A stretch of 64,000 bases of DNA from Octopus sinensis (taxonomy: Eukaryota). The position numbers and the translations under genes are program-made. Every line of letters begins with the position of its first letter. The first letter of the stretch is position 1. Below, piece after piece: positions 11,363 to 24,599 of this stretch. Where the stretch lies: NCBI RefSeq assembly GCF_006345805.1, contig NC_043008.1:33356001-33420000 (forward strand), written 5' to 3'. The notes under the pieces are model-generated. The model ran no database searches and was not told the origin of the DNA. It worked only from the letters and a program-made list of their open reading frames with translations.

Positions 11363-11422
11363 TATATATTTATATAGATATTCATAGAAAAATATATAAA
11401 TGTAAAAAAGTATTCGCTTTAC

Positions 11423-11711
11423 CTGTACCATGGACGGGTTTAATTCTTTTGGTGTAGTCAAGAGAGCTTGCTAAGTCAAGCTGCCCCGATTGTCGTAGAG
11501 CATTAATAAAGAGGGCCATCGCATTGCTACTGTGAAGACCCTCCAAGTGCTGCAGCAGAGCTTGGTTCCGCAGAGGCATATCTTCTTCTTCGTTAATATC
11601 ATTGTAGCTTTCTTTACTGATGACACCATGCTGGAGCAGGTAATCAAACACTGGTTCAGAGTCAAGGTTTTCAATAAGATCTTCACGATTACTGAGCTTT
11701 TCAGCCACCAT
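11423..11711 (-). CDS. First coding exon of a CARD (caspase recruitment, death-fold) domain protein
   Basis: Translation MVAEKLSNREDLIENLDSEPVFDYLLQHGVISKESYNDINEEEDMPLRNQALLQHLEGLHSSNAMALFINALRQSGQLDLASSL fits the six-helix CARD pattern (R..L...LD...V.DYL.Q.GV.....I......R...LL..L......F..AL...Q..LA..L). The acceptor is a T-rich tract ending tctttctaaaatgtAG, so the exon starts at 11724; two in-frame TGA codons precede the ATG at 11711. The donor is CAG|GTAAAG (GT at 11422-11421), phase 1. The family (Apaf-1/NLR/caspase/adaptor) cannot be resolved from this exon alone. Confidence 0.88.
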
Positions 11712-11920
11712 AGCCTTTCATCACCTACATTTTAGAAAGAAGAAAAGAAAAAAAACAACAAAAACAAAAAGCAAAGAAAAAGAAAACATGCAAATAAGAT
11801 TACTGAATTGTCTGGCATACAAATCAACATAGTATGTCATATAAATATTCAAATGTCATCATTATTTTCCCAAATCCTGTTGCCTTTGTCATGGAATTTT
11901 TGGTCCCCCACAGTCATCTT

Positions 11921-12148
11921 ATTTCTTTACTACCCACAAAGGGTTAAACACAGAGAGGACAAACAAGGACAGACAAAGGAATTAAGTCGATTATATCGAC
12001 CCCAGTGTGTAACTGGTACTTAATTTATCGACCCCGAAAGGATGAAAGGCAAAGTTGACCTTGGCAGAATTTGAACTCAGAACGTAAAGACAGACGAAAT
12101 ACTGCTAAGCATTTCGCCCAGCGTGCTAACGTTTCTGCCAGCTTGCCT
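11921..12148 (-). mobile_element. SINE family A, full length
   Basis: Reverse complement of the 43122 copy; TSD CCACAGTCATCTT (11908-11920 / 12149-12161). Confidence 0.88.
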
Positions 12149-15108
12149 CCACAGTCATCTTGGTGTATAAGTTGACCTACCATTTTTCGCTGTAAAGTTT
12201 GGTTTGAATAACTTGACTTGTATATCAGAAGAACTAATAGAATTCTTCTGACTATTAATCTCATCTTCAGAAATGGAAAAATGTTCAATACATACATTAA
12301 CACTAAATTTTTTCTATTGTAAATCTATTAACACTTAGGTGTCATATAGGAATATAAATCAAGATAATACTTTACTGGTAATTTATTTTGTGAAGCTCAG
12401 AATGATGATTGAGAAAGTTGACTTCAGCAGAGTTTGAACTCAGAATGTAACGTGCCATAACTAAATACTCTTAGGCAATGCTCTAATGATTTGCCCAATG
12501 TTCTAATGATTCTGCTAATCAACTGGCAGAATTGGTAGAAGACCTAACAAAATATATTATGGTATTTGGTTACTTATCTTTATATTCTGAGTTTAAATCT
12601 CATCCATGTCCCTTCACCTTTCATTATTTCAAGGTTGATAGGTACCAGGTTCGAAGTAATCAGCTGCAACTATTGCAGTAGTAACCCAGCATGACCACAG
12701 TCTAATGACTAAAACCAGTAATAGAGAATATGATAGAACCTGACTGGACTCAAGCTACAATTCTGTATTACCAAATTAGTTTCAAAATATTTAGTAATTA
12801 GTTTAGAAATAAAGATTCCTAGTCTACATCTAGAATGGTACTAGATACATATGCAAGAATAAGACATCTGAAGACAATCAGACATTAAAGAAACAGACCA
12901 AAACATAAAATAGATGTAAATATTGAAAAATATCTAATCTCTGAAGAAGAGGTTAACTGCCCCAAACATCATAATCTTATTAACTACTAATCAGTGACAT
13001 ATTCTTGAAAGCTTTTGTAAAAGGGTTTTTAATCCAAAATATCAGGACTAATTAAATATTTCTAAATTAACATTTCAGTATCTTTGTCATTGTGATTTTC
13101 GATATTTAATGTTCTATTTGTATTGCTTTCTTTGATAACACACTTTCTACATATTCCAATGTTTCAATCAAACTGCAATACTCTTCAATTTACAACATGT
13201 AATATTTTAAAAGAATTTTTAAAATGATGGATATTTTTATATTATAAAATGTTTGATCTTTAACTCTTTAGTATTCAGATTACTCTGTCAAATGTAATGC
13301 TTATTTACTCACATTATTTTGATTTTATCATACCTGTCTTTGTAGCCTTGAGGTTTTGATGATGAGACTGTATTTTTAGGGTTGGCATGAGAGGCCAGTT
13401 CAGGCCAGTTTGAACTTAAAACAGAATATCTGGGCTGGATATGGCCAGTTTAAATGCTGAAGAGTTAGGAAAACATTTCTTTAGATCATGCCTTACATAT
13501 TGGAAAATATGTTAGATCATTAATTCATCAGAGTTACAAGAAATGAGACACTCATTACTGAATTTCTTCACTCAATATGTATCAAGTCTCACATAAATAT
13601 AGATTGGAGAATCTCTTCATGAATATTGAGATTTTCTATAGCATTCACCCAGTTCACATAACATACATTTCACTCTGGTTTTTCTTCACAATCATTCAGC
13701 ACTTACTTCACCTGTTTCACTCTCATTTTTCTAGCAATCAAATAGGTTTAAATATCTGCTTCAATCTAGGTTCTGTAGTATTAATTCAGGCTTTAACTCG
13801 CCTGCTTCATTGTATTTAATACTGTAATAAACAGATGAGAAAAAAATTACTGCTAAGATATGAGACAAGTTTATTAAAGGTAGTTTTACATAATAAAAAC
13901 CCAGGAATTAATATGAAAACTAAATAAATTGAGCCATAGCTACACATCTGCTAGAGGAATATAAAAACAGACAATAGTCTGCAGAGACAGATCAATAGAT
14001 GTAAACTTCACAACTACAACCATGATCCTGACATAGAAATGCTGTAATCATTGAAGAGTGTGTTTATTGAACACGTTGGCATGAATCAGCCAACTAGATT
14101 GTAGCAAGGCTACAAAATGTGATAATAACGTAAAGCTTCCAAAGAAATGTATGGCTTAGTAAGCAGTGGAAGGGAAAATATCCATTAGCTAGAGGAGGAC
14201 CTCTAAAATGGTAGGAGTTAGAAATAAATAAATAAAATAAAACAACTCATGATTCTTCTCAGAATGGAAATATGGTCCAAATGCTTGCAACAAAGTGGAC
14301 TCTACTAAAGGCATCTAAAGGTCAGGGGTAGAGTTAATTACAGGAACAAGAACAAGCCAGCTGATAGGCTTTCACAGTTTCTTTCTACCTAATTGTACTC
14401 ATGAAGTCTGTATCATGAAAAAACTAGCCCAAGGTGCAGCATAATGGGATTGAACTAGGAACCATAGGATTGTGAAGTGAATGTCTTAATCACATGACAA
14501 TACCTGCAATACAAATGTTTCCTAACATGGATTAGTATTAAATGTCTAATGGCTTAGGTTGTTACCGTTATCAGAGCAGCCCTTATCAGTTCTGCTAAAG
14601 CAAACTTATGAGCCAGAAATAAATTGGTTAAATATTTGTGGCTAGTCCACAGTTCTTGCACCAATCTATTCTGGGCACATATTCTGTAGCGTTTAAAAAG
14701 TAGAAGTTACAGCAGACAAATATCCATAAATATGGAGTGAAAAAAACAATATGTTTAATAAGCATTTATTTAGCCTTCTGTTATGATATTAGGCTCTATG
14801 GTTAAACAAGAGGGTTTTTCATACAATCTGCTTTTATAAGATTGATGATTTTGATAGTAGCCCCAGGGAAATGGATAAGTGGAACTTAGTCCAGTGTGAG
14901 AGTCTCATAAGTTTCCTTGAGATTACCTGGAAACAATTGGAAGCTCTATATGGAGTTTGCAATCAATATTTTGCTATTACTTTGGTGGGTGGATATATGT
15001 TTTATTGTTAGTTGGATTGAATGGAGTGATAGTATTTAACAGATGACTGGTAATATACGAGTACATTTATTCACACAACAAAATTTCAAATATTATTTTT
15101 CAAATTAC

Positions 15109-15215
15109 CTTGAAAGGAAATATCAGTGACCCCCAACAAAACCACGCTCAGTTTATTCACTGTTGATTGTGGAATTTTGTTGATTCTGTCTTTTCAAAGA
15201 ACATTGGTGCAGAAC
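15109..15215 (-). other. Putative non-coding (5' UTR) exon of the CARD gene
   Basis: Acceptor tttcttttattgcAG and donor AAG|GTAATT. All three frames contain stops; it holds a short uORF MFFEKTESTKFHNQQ*. Confidence 0.55.
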
Positions 15216-15984
15216 CTGCAATAAAAGAAATTTGACACAAATATAACCATTGCTTATAGAAATAAAAACACTTCACTGAAGTAATTCAGAAATATTGTTT
15301 CTAAACAATTGGTCAAGTCATTAGTTTTGTTTTGTGTGTGTGTGTGTGTTTTTTTTATCACCTCTATTTGTAATTCACACGCTCTCTAAGAAAGTAGGCC
15401 ATTATACTAAAGATTAGTTTAAACTGAGACATGATCAGAAGTCAACAAGAGGATGACCAAATGTTGGAAAGGGTCATTAAGTTTGTTAAAATAACACCTA
15501 CTTTAATTCACTGATGCTACGTGGTTGAACAGACTTCCTGTAACATCATCTTTATTTTTATCATTATTAAAAATTAACTCATGGTTCTTGTTCACTGACT
15601 CACATGTCATATTAATCACTCTACTCTTGTTCTTGTTCAGTCCCAGGTCAGCCCTGATTAAGTAGGGCCCATGATTAAGACATTCCAGCCGTGACAGTAT
15701 TCATGACTATACTATCCAATGTTCCCCTCCATTTTTAAGATGGTAGAGAAAAATCTGCTATTTTTAGCAAATTGAGTGACCACTTAAAGACTCCCTTAGT
15801 AGCTTGTGACAATATGTGTTCAAACAGTTCTATAGCAGAGACCCAGACAATGAATGTATAGAAGGATTTATATATGTCATTACTATTACCATAACCACTG
15901 CCATCATCTATATCACCATCATTATCAGCAGCATCATATTCATTCTTCCATGTTAGCATGGGTTGGATGAGACTGTAGCACAGC

Positions 15985-16200
15985 ATATTCTCCATTTCTC
16001 TTAACATCTTAATATCTGACTTCACCACTTCTCTCACACTCTTTGAGTTTCCTTTTCCATGTGTTATTTCCACTCTCTGTTGTACCCAACAGGTTTCATC
16101 CATTCCCATCAGAGGTGCCCCTACAAGTGTAATCACTTCCCCTGCACTCAACAGTTGATGCCTTTAATAGCCCACTTCTATTAATTACATTGCATGAAGA
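15985..16200 (-). mobile_element. Decayed RTE-like LINE 3' fragment
   Basis: MDETCWVQQRVEITHGKGNSKSVREVVKSDIK resembles RTE C-terminal M....WVK...VEG...RGRP..W.EVV..D. Confidence 0.5.
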
Positions 16201-17769
16201 AAAAAGTCAAGATCCAGGACTAAATGTCGTTCAGAACTTCTATGTACTTTTGTGGGAGCTTCATAGTGGAATCTGTTGAAAGCTGCAAAAAGCTCCAAAC
16301 TTGGAAGAATGTTTCAGTGTCCAAAAGTTAGTACAGAGGATACAAAATCCTAGTAGCATTTAGCAGTTGGCTTTGTTTAATGTATACTGAAGGAGTAGAT
16401 AGGAATTTCATACTGAGTACTTGGTGAAAACAATAGGTACACAAAATATATAGCAGGATTGCCAGAGAACCTGCAACAGATGTGCCAAAGTAGGATTCAT
16501 AAAACAAAGTTTGTGAGCTACTCTGATGACTCACCAGGTATATTAGATGGTGTAATTAGTGTTGGAGGATTAAAATTATTGAAAGTGACTTTAATGGCTA
16601 TGGTCATAAATATTGAAGTATGCTGGTACAAACCGTAGAGGTAATGTAAAGCTTTTGGAGCTCTCTAATGCTAAAAAACTTTAGTAGATGAAATAATTAG
16701 TATTGAAGTAATGAGCTGACAGAATTTAATGTAAAGGATGGTTGTGTAACAGTTATAAGCATCAAGTTTCACGGGTACTTTGACACATATTTCACTGTGG
16801 ATAAATCAAAGCGAGCTTTACTTTTATTAGTCAGTGAAAGAAAGATGGGCATATATTCATATTATATGAGAATATGTGGTTATAAACACAGACCTATTTC
16901 AGAAAAGAGTTACAGGATCTAACAAAAAAGTCCCTGTCATTGCTTGACCTGATAGAAATATCTCCCTCAGATTACACCACACTCTTAAATAAAGAAAAGA
17001 CACATACTCTTAAAAAGATGGGATGGTTATGACTAAAGACCTTTGATCAAAGGCCTGCAATAAGGGATGACCAATAGCTAAATAACAGCAACCAACTTTG
17101 AGTAACAGAGGGATTTCATTGCAGTAGAATGCAGTGTACTTAAATAAGGACCTAAAGGAATAAACCTTTCTATATTGGCCATATAGACCCATACATGCAA
17201 ACACAAAACCTGTCATACAAAAGCTTTACAAAACATGTAGAGTGTACACACATGCACATAAGGGTGATGATGAAGATCATTATCATTGTTGTTTTAATGT
17301 CCACTTTTCCATGCTTGCATGGGTCAGGCAAATTTGTTGAAGCAAATTTTCTATGGCTAGATGCCCTTCCTATCATCAGCCCTCATATAACGTAATATTT
17401 CTCCATGACCAGATGTTTTCATGGAAGATTGGAAATGAATGACAGTGCTTATATGATGGTGACACTTGATCACAACTAACATGCAATGGTAAGGCAAGGA
17501 TACGGTAACACACACACACAATGGGCTTCTTTCAGTTTCTGTAAATCAAATCCAAATACAAGACTTTGGCTGGCCTATGACTATAGTAGAAGACACTTGA
17601 CCAAGGTACAATGCAGTGGGATTGAACCCAAATCCATATGGTTGGGATGCAAACTTCTTAATTAACTGCACACTCGTGCTTGCACCTACAAGAATGGAAT
17701 ACAAAAATGTGTGTGTGTGTGTGTGTGTTTGTACGTGTGCACGCATGTGCATGTTGTGGGAGAAGCAGA

Positions 17770-18360
17770 TCTGAGACTGGAGAAGTCATGATTGCAACAC
17801 AATTAAACACATCCCAGCAGGAACAACAAAAGCATTGTAAAGAAGCAGAATAGATTAAGTTATTGGTGAATAAGTGGAAACAGAGAAGAAACAATTAACC
17901 ACTTTGTCATTGGCCACCCAGTCTCTACAGAAATGGTTGTTTTACACTCTGGAAATTATGTAAGCATTGTGAAATAGCAACAGAAAAGAGGAGATATAAA
18001 TATACACCAGAAAAGGTTGGAGAATGACGAAGCAACCAGACTATGGAATTGGTTAATTCACAAATAACAGAGGATCAAGGATAATGGGCTGGATAATGAA
18101 GTATCTCATAATTGAAGTATTTGTCCCAACAAATGATAATGTATTTTTAATTGTACTGGAGAAGCTATCTAGATATAAAGATCTGGAAATAGAGATAACC
18201 AGAATATAGAGATTGAAAACAGAGACAATTCTTATAATAAAAGGTGTTTTAGGAATGACTAAAAATAAAGATGCACAACAAGTATATAAGCAAACCTGAA
18301 ACTCACAAAATATATGTTAAATAAAGAAAGTAGTGTTACTAAGTACTACCCACATATTAT
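17770..18360 (+). mobile_element. Decayed R4/Dong-type (restriction-like endonuclease) non-LTR retrotransposon C-terminus
   Basis: Translatable remnants ETINHFVIGHP (Zn-knuckle region), YKYTPEKV and IEVFVPTNDNV...EKLSRYKDLEIEITRI*RLKTETILIIKGVLGM match the RLE-clade C-terminal consensus (EK..KY.DL...W......P...GALG). Confidence 0.75.
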
Positions 18361-18848
18361 GTATTATAATACACAATATTATAGTTTAAATACAAAGCAA
18401 AACAGTACACACAGCCAAGGTACACAGAACTGAAGTTGAACAATGGAAACACACAATAAAAATAAGACTACTGGGGAAAAGATAATGAAAAAATGAAAAA
18501 ACTACTCCCAATAAAAAATGTTCACAAGATTAACTTCAGTAATTGTAACCAGATATAGAGTAAATGATATTTAATGTTTCCTTACAGATGACATCAACCT
18601 ACAAAAGACGGAGATAAACATCAACCATACGAGTTTGGGATACTTACAAAGATTATGAGTAGTGACTCTCTTCGTGAAACCAAATATTAATTTCTAACAT
18701 AGACATAAGCACTACACATTGTGGAAAAGGAATACAGATAATTACACTGACCCTCAATAAATGACTGGTACTTTATTTAGTCAACCCTGGAAGTTTGAAA
18801 AGTGAAATTGATTTCAACAGTAATTGCCCATAACTATACAATAGTAGT

Positions 18849-19118
18849 GGAGGCACATGGCCTAGTGGTTAGAGCAGCGGACTCGCGGTCTAGGAATCAC
18901 AGGTTTGAATCTCAGACAGGGCGATGTGTGTGCTTATGAGTGAAACACCTAAGCTCCATGCAGCTCCAGCAGAAGGTAATGGCAAACTTCTGCTGACTCT
19001 TTCACCACAACTTTCTCTCACTCTTTCCTCTTGCAGCTCACCTCCGACGGACTGGCATCCCATCCAGGTAGGGAACCTATAAGCAAAGGAAACCAGGAAA
19101 TCGGCCCTTATGAGCCAG
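18849..19118 (+). mobile_element. tRNA(Arg)-related SINE
   Basis: A box TGGCCTAGTGG, anticodon-like CTCGCG and B box GGTTTGAATC, followed by ~190 nt of non-tRNA body; no acceptor stem closure. Confidence 0.8.
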
Positions 19119-19799
19119 TGAGTGGATTTAGTAGATGGAAGCTGAGAGAAGCCTGTTGTCCCTGTAACTTAGTGGGTCAGCAAAAGAGACTGATAAAATA
19201 AGTACTAGGCTTAGAAACAAAAAAGTATTGGAGTTGATTTGTTTGGCTAAACCTTCAAGGCAGTGCCCCAGCATGGCCACAGTCTAATGACTGAAATGAG
19301 TAAATGATACAAAACAATACCTAATGGATAAGATTACATGGTAAGCCTAATATGCTAACCTGATTAATGGAACAGCCTAGTCCTTTGGGTGCTTTGGTGG
19401 AGTTTATTCATAAGGCTACAACCATACTTGAATGGTTTAATCAACCAAATCAATGTAAGTGTATATTTTTTTAAATGTGGTACTTACTCTATTGGTTGTT
19501 GTTGCTAAATTGCTAAGTTATGGGAATGTAAACAAACCAACACCAATTGTCAAGTGGTGTGGCGCAACACACACACACACACACACGTATGTATGCACCC
19601 CACACACTGTAAATTGGTTGGCATCAGGAAGGGCTTCCAGCTGTAAAAACCATGCCAAATCAGACACAGGAGCTCAATGCAGTTCTTGGACCCATTGGAT
19701 TCTGTCAAGCCATCCAACCCATGCAAGCATCAAATCTCTATATATATAAGTCTATTGCTCAACATGAAACTTTTGTATAATAGAGAGAGAGGGAAGAAG

Positions 19800-19852
<53 letters not shown>

Positions 19853-22279
19853 TGTGTGAGTGTGTTTCTTGTTTTGGTCTGGCAGAATGGGCTGAGCTCA
19901 TGGTTTTTTGTAGGCTCTTTGAAAATTGTTAATGTTTCTTTTGGATAGTGCAAGTTTATTACTTCAGTAAAACCACGGGCATGGAAGGAAAACCAGAATG
20001 TTGACATTCCAAGGATGAAGGACTATCATATCAATTAGGAAAGGATATAATATAGCTGATGAGAAGAGATGAGACAAAAGAGTTGGGAGTGTCAGAATAG
20101 AGGTGATATAAGACTTGTCAGCTCCAAGGAACAGGGGTCATTGTAGTTGCAGTAGACATGGCCAGGTGAGGAGACACAGGCTGTTTGTGGATCAGAAGTT
20201 GGAATGTGTCATAGAAAAGTAACTTCATACCAATCACTGGAGTGATGCGTTTTTTAATTATTTTTTTGTATGAGTATTTCTGTGTATGTAGTAGTAACAG
20301 CAGCATTCTAAGTATTTCAATGTGGGTCTGTGTCTCATTTGAACTTAGGAAGGGATTAGTAATTGCTGACGGTGCTGAAGTATTTTCTGGTCTTGAAGAA
20401 GAAGGTCATCCACTGAGTGTTTAATTTCATTGTTGAACTTTAAAAATTATCTACTTATTAGTATTGTTGTTTTGTCATTTGTGGAGGTGGTAGCTTCTCA
20501 TACTTTTCACTTTGTTTTCTATCATTGTGGTAGCAACTGTTTGTAACTGCTTCTCAGTATGTGTGTAGTAGTAGTAGTAGTAGTATAGTAGTAGTAGTAG
20601 TAGTGACAGTAGTAGTAGGTGATCTACTACACACACTTTCTACTCACTATTTTTCTTTTCTTATATTGACATATACTTGTTTTTCATGTTTAAAGATATG
20701 TATAGCTTACATAAGATTATATATGCTACACTTGTGTCTAAATGTTAGCATACATGATGTATGTATAAGCATATATTTGAACTATCAGGAAAATTGTCTT
20801 CACAATACCACCTTAATATTAATGCATGCTGTTTCAACCTACTAGAAAAAGCTACCAAATTTCTTTCAAGCAATGTTATAAGAAAGATAAAATACATTAG
20901 ATAATGTATGTCTAGATAATATGTCTGAACAGATGGAATGGGCACAGCCTACATACCTTTGATTATAACTGAATTGGAGCTAAATAAAAAGTCGTATTAC
21001 TTTAGCATCATTTATGAAAAGATTGTGATCCCATTTTCAAATAGTTTGGCTTTGACTTGTGTCAGGAGTAGGACTGAACACTAGAAACAGTCTCTCTTAT
21101 AACAACATACCTATGTCTCGTTCCCTGACTATTTCTTTATTCTTTATCTGATCTGATAAAATTTCTATTGAATTTCTTTAACAAGGCAGCAAGCTGGCAG
21201 AATTGTTAGCATGCTGGGCAAAATGCTAAGCATTTTGCCTGTCTTTACATAATGAATTCAAATTCTGCTGAGGTCGAATTTATCTTTCATCCTTTTGGGA
21301 TGTCATCAAATTAACCAACTGGTTTTGTGCCAAAATTTGAAATCAATATATATTACATTTTATACGGTTGTAAACTTCTGTTTATTTATCTTTATTTATC
21401 TGTGTCATTTTATTTCAGATTGGTAGGACTAACATGAAGCTCAGGTTAACATCACTGTTTATTTCTTGGGTACTTTTAGCAGAGTCCCTTCTATTAGTAA
21501 AATCCAAACCAGACACCTTAAGCCATCCCTGGGCCCAACTTCCTACAGACATTGACAACTGACGTTCAAGATAGACTTTAATCAAAGAAGTGTGGCCTAC
21601 AGATGTCACAATCACTACTCCTTCATACAACTTCTTAAAATGTTTGAAAAACCCATCTATCATTATTTGCCTTTTTCAGGTTTATCTCTCTCTCTCTCTA
21701 ATCAACTGATCTATCTCATGCACACTTCTGCCCATAATCTGTATGTAGTGTCTTAATGTAACCACTTACCATTCATTTTTCTGTTACCAGATATTTTTCT
21801 AATAATCTCACTCTCATTGTGAGTGTGATCTAAAAAAACATTACTTCAGGTTACTTTACCCACTGATAAGCACCCACAATGGCTTCTGAGATGTAATGAA
21901 AACAACACACCTAGGAGGCTGGTCACTTCAAATAATCCCATTTGTTATATGAAGAAAAATTTCAAAAGCAAATTGCAATATTTCTGAGAAGGGGGCCAGT
22001 TGATTAGATTGACCCCAGTACGCAACTGGTACTTAATTTATCGACCCCCAAAAGGATGAAAGGCAAAGTTGACCTCAGCAGAATTTGAACTTGAAGACAA
22101 ACAAAATACCTCTAAGCACTTCACCCAGCATGCTAACATTTCTGTCAGCTCGCCACCTTAGGTGTGAACAATATTGCTTACACTCTACTTACATTTCATT
22201 AGTGAACTAATAGGACACTAATTGTTTAGTAAATTAAAAAGAGCTCTCAGTGGAGGGAACATTAAATGTTTTGACTCAC

Positions 22280-22371
22280 CTACATAAATTTTCAGCCTCT
22301 CACTCAGTTTTCGTAATGTCCTTGTACAGTACAATAACTCCATGTGTAAACACATTCAATCAAACACACCT
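22280..22371 (-). other. Putative non-coding (5' UTR) exon
   Basis: Consensus donor TAG|GTGAGT; weaker acceptor gctgttttgaatatcAG; unique non-repeat sequence. Confidence 0.45.
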
Positions 22372-23439
22372 CTGATATTCAAAACAGCAGCACAAGCAAA
22401 TAATAAGAATAATGGTGATGATGATGATGATGATGATAATTTGAAAAGAAAACTTTCAGCAGTCTACGTGAGGTCTTATATTGAAAGTTATGTTATGTCA
22501 TTATCAAGGAGTGTAACCAGTCCAACTATTTATTCATAACTGACCTATTTGTTATCACATAGAATTTCTCGAAAATACATGAGTGACCTGGTCAACAGAA
22601 CAACAAAGAAAAAACAAGGCAATTATATAATCAATAATACAATTAAAAATATACATGAAAAAACTATGTTATATGAATAGTTCTGGTCTTGAATTACATA
22701 CTACTTTGAAATAATTAACATATATTAGAGCCAATGAGGTGGGAACTCCCTACGTGGGTGCTCAATTTGCTAGAAATAGTAACCAAATTTCCTTCACATT
22801 TCACAATAACACCTTAAAGATGGAAAACACATTAAATAATATAGTCTGGGATACTTTAGAATACTTTAAACTTTAGAATAAATGATAACAACTGAAATGC
22901 TTTTGAATCTGAGGGCTACATGATTCAGACTGATAAGGGGCAAAGCAAATACCTTACAAAAATGCAGAGCTATATTTGATGTAGCCTTGAACTTATAAAT
23001 ATGGTCAATAAATATCTACAGTATAAATAATAAATGTCAAAAAGTAAATAAACTAAAAGTGGAATCAACACTCAAACCAACTTTTAGTATTTTATATGTG
23101 AACAAAAAGAAATTATTCTAACTGTAATGGTAATTAAAACAAATAAGCTTTCAGACATTATTATCAATGGAAAGAGCTTCTGGAAAATGACAAAGTCGTC
23201 CTTCAACTTATTTTTTTTCTGTATTCTACAAATAAGTGTTTTCATAAAATGTACTTCTACTCACTTTGTCAAGTCACTAGTGAATGCCATTGGTAAAATG
23301 TAATCCACTACAATGTCCTGAATAGTTGGGTCATATGAGACCAAACCAGAACTACCACCAGTCTAGTCTGGTGAGAAAGGTTCAACCAGAAAATTTGATA
23401 AACATGAAATGGACTACATAAGTATGCTGTCAGGACAAA

Positions 23440-23800
23440 CCTTGATCTGAGAACTGCAGAAAACAACTAAAGAAGAACTTAGCTATCAAGAGACCATTAT
23501 ACTTTACATTCACTGATCTAAAGAAGAACTTTGATAAAGCCTTTTGCTGTGCAGTCAGGTGAGCATGGAGAAAAGTAGGTGTAGATGTAAAAAATTTAGT
23601 CTACAAGCAGGTGTTGACCATCATGTTATCCTCAGCCTTTTGCTATTTAGTTCTTGTTCTTGGGTCAGTAATACAAGAACTCAAGACTAAAAGTCTGTGG
23701 AGATTTTAGCCCTGAATTGCAGGAAATATTCATTTCAGACATGCAAGGATAATCAAAAGTTCAAAGGACTAAATGCCAACATAGCAAAACCAAAGTTTTA
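23440..23800 (+). mobile_element. Decayed RTE-type LINE reverse transcriptase fragment
   Basis: Remnants RPLYFTFTDLKKNFDK (D..KAFD motif) and GV....LSLLLF (GV.QG..LSP.LF motif), with frameshifts. Confidence 0.6.
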
Positions 23801-24399
23801 ATTAGTAAAAAATTAATGCTCCATTAAATATGCAATATTAAAAGTAAATGAGATCTTATTCTTGACTTAATTCTGGGTTAAATTCATCATTTTAGTCACT
23901 GTCTCATTCCAGTATCTATTTTGGAGGTCTGAACTAAATCACACATTTAACCAGATATCTAGGCTATCAGTGCAATAGTAAATATCAGTGACTATTGATT
24001 TACAATTTAATGAGTGAGATCCCAACATGGTCAACCAATCTGCTAGAAACAATAACCAAATCTCTCTTAGATTACACTCTGTTTTAAAAAAAGAAGGGCA
24101 CATTGGATTATGTGGTTTTGGCTGCCCTGTGCTGAGAAAGAGAATAGAGTACCACAACTGAAATGCTTTTGAACAACAATCTGCTTGATCATGCTTAACC
24201 TAGGGCTAGACAATAGCAATCAGTGATTTGCTCCTCTAATTCCAGAGTTGTAAGAGAGCTCACTGATTTGTCCTACTGAATCTTGGCTCCCATATTATCT
24301 GTTTGAACGTCTGTACATCTTTTTCATACACTCAATGTAAATGACCCAACAATGATGATATCATCTGTGTAAATGTACACCACTCTCCTTAGTTACAGC

Positions 24400-24599
24400 T
24401 TAACCATTTAGCATTCTGATTACTCAATGAAATGTAATGCTTATTTATTCATATTGTTTTGCATTAATCATGTATCATTTTGTAGCTTCGATGATGTGAT
24501 TATTTTTAGAATGTGCAAGAAGCCAGATCTGGCCATTTTGAACATAAAACAGGTGGAATATTTGGTTCAAGACAGCTGGTTTAAATGCTAAAGGGTTAA
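24400..24599. mobile_element. piggyBac-type MITE family 1
   Basis: TTAA on both sides; TIR CC(A/C)TTTAGCATT / AATGCTAAAGGG. Other copies occur at 13260-13468, ~42910-43109, 50421-50644, 55410-55622 and 60409-60624. Confidence 0.8.

Noticed and set aside
11382-11422. C-terminal KANTFLHLYIFL of the 109-aa ORF (CARD-only protein)
   Set aside because: Lies beyond a good splice donor whose phase matches the micro-exon, so it is most likely intron read-through.
18849-18925. tRNA-Arg-like gene
   Set aside because: A/B boxes are present but the acceptor and T stems do not close, and the sequence continues into a SINE body.
21380-21440. Strong plus-strand splice acceptors (also ~18587 and ~62657) suggesting an antisense gene
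   Set aside because: No matching donors or coding frame could be linked; T-rich tracts ending in AG are common by chance in this DNA.
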